64,000 bases of DNA, taken from contig CBDBDQ010000005.1 of NCBI GenBank assembly GCA_965203905.1, positions 7,616,001-7,680,000 of the forward strand. Reading direction: 5' to 3'. This DNA comes from Spirochaetia bacterium. Lineage in GTDB: Bacteria > Spirochaetota > Spirochaetia > SZUA-6 > Bin103. Under the pieces are notes generated by a model. The model ran no database searches, was not told where the DNA came from, and saw nothing but the letters and a program-made list of their open reading frames with translations. How positions within the stretch are numbered: position 1 is the stretch's first letter; every line of letters begins with the position of its first letter. Below, piece by piece: positions 62,777 through 64,000 of the stretch. Both the position numbers and the translations under genes were made by a program.

Positions 62777-63258
62777 CACCGGAGGGGCTCCTCGAAGCCG
62801 CCGAGGCATTGGTTCCCCCAGGACGGGGCCGGCCATCGCGGGCACGCATTCGCCGCTCGATCTCCACGGCCTACTACGCTTTATTCACCGCATTCACGGC
62901 AGAGGTCGCCCGGCCCTACCGGCGAAACGTGAAAGCTACCGCTCGCAGATTGGTCGAGCACGGCAAGGCCCGCTCAGTTTGCGAGACTCTCAAAGGCAAT
63001 AACCGTTGCGACGGAAACTTGCAAGAGTTTGCGAAGCGATTCGTGCTCTTGTATCTGGGTCGTCAGCGTGCCGACTACGACCACACGTACGAACCGGACA
63101 AGAGCGATGCCCAGGAGGCGATCGAGCTCGCACGGTACGGTATCGATTACTTGTCAGGGGCCCGAACCACGAGTCCCGATCAGGTGCAGATGATGTGTGT
63201 CATCACCATCGCCGGTAATACGCAACGCAAACACATGGCGCGACAATCGGGCCGCTGA
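62773..63258 (+). CDS. HEPN domain protein
   Basis: RRSISTAYYALF…H…RQRADYD. Confidence 0.8.
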   Translation: MTPEGLLEAAEALVPPGRGRPSRARIRRSISTAYYALFTAFTAEVARPYRRNVKATARRLVEHGKARSVCETLKGNNRCDGNLQEFAKRFVLLYLGRQRADYDHTYEPDKSDAQEAIELARYGIDYLSGARTTSPDQVQMMCVITIAGNTQRKHMARQSGR

Positions 63259-63333
63259 GGAACGTCTACACAGGCGCTCGCGACCGATGCAGCTCCGCGC
63301 CGCTCCGCGATGAAAGCGACAGCCCCGTCGCCA

Positions 63334-63400
63334 TTGGGCAGGTTGCGGTCGGCGATCGCCACCACGTGCAGGCCCGGGGGGCGCCGCGCCTGCGCCAGGA
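63334..63400. repeat. ~67-bp direct repeat, right copy
   Basis: Near-identical to 62119-62186. Confidence 0.85.
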
Positions 63401-63524
63401 GATTCTGCTCAGCCGCGTGTGATGGCGGTCACGGCGAGCGCTGCGCTGCGTTGGGCTCGGCGGCGTGCCTTACATGGTCGCCGAGGCGATGGGTCGTGAT
63501 AGTATGTCGTACAGGATTCACTGC

Positions 63525-63932
63525 GTGCCTGCTGAACTGGAGACGATCATCGAGGTGCTGGAGTCGGATTGCGATCGGCTCGGGCATCTGAACCACGTGC
63601 AAGCGGTCAGGATGCTGGAGCGTGCACGCGGCCACTGGTACGCCGCCAACGGCCTGCGCGACGCCGGCAGGAACTACGTCCCGGTGGTGGTCAACATCAA
63701 CTACAACTATCGCCGCGAGTGTTTCCTCGGCGAGCGCCTGCGCGTCATGACGCGGGGCCAGAGGCTGGGGCGCAAGAGCTTTACCCTCGGCCACGAGATC
63801 ATCAAGCCGGACGGCACGATTGCGCTCCAGGGAGCGGCCACGAGCGTGATCATGGACCTGGACTCGCGGGTGATCGTTACCGTACCCGAGTGCGTGGCCA
63901 GCCACGTGCCGGCGCCGAAGGCGGCAGAGTGA
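63525..63932 (+). CDS. Acyl-CoA thioesterase, copy 2
   Basis: Near-identical to 61298-61705, offset 2227 bp. Confidence 0.85.
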   Translation: MPAELETIIEVLESDCDRLGHLNHVQAVRMLERARGHWYAANGLRDAGRNYVPVVVNINYNYRRECFLGERLRVMTRGQRLGRKSFTLGHEIIKPDGTIALQGAATSVIMDLDSRVIVTVPECVASHVPAPKAAE

Positions 63933-64000
63933 GTCAGGCGAGCCGGGCGGCAGCCGTGGGCGAACGCGAGTACCTCGCCACGGTAGCCGGGCTGGTCGAG
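63929..64000 (+). CDS. AMP-binding enzyme, 5' end (runs off the window)
   Basis: Near-identical to 61702-61773. Confidence 0.6.
   Translation, partial: MSQASRAAAVGEREYLATVAGLVE

Overview
High-GC bacterial chromosomal window with no rRNA, tRNA or CRISPR array. The solute-binding proteins have Spirochaetales-style N-termini (…TGLWAAGAEEE…). Together with the expanded PhyH dioxygenases, sulfatase, Uma2, AAA-PD-(D/E)XK, FN3 and TA genes, this suggests a host-associated (possibly sponge) spirochaete; this is inference only. The backbone is catabolic: enolase-superfamily enzyme, LLM oxidoreductase, 5 intact PhyH, AKR, 2 Gfo/Idh/MocA, a 2-methylserine-type SHMT, an amidohydrolase–class III aminotransferase fusion, a GH32 with a rewired active site, GHL10, and two lower-GC Dpp/Opp SBP-permease operons without ATPases that share a conserved structured upstream element. 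Between these genes is a dense set of small toxin-antitoxin/defence-like cassettes: three HEPN pairs, two ART-like modules (one with an FN3-domain gene inside 43-bp direct repeats), GIY-YIG+SIR2, orphan antitoxins and a phage-type orphan. One complete ISKra4-family element with 23-bp TIRs carries a DUF4338/Mom-like passenger. There are also many internally deleted gene fragments and collapsed 'ghost' duplications. All family assignments come from motif recognition, not database searches.
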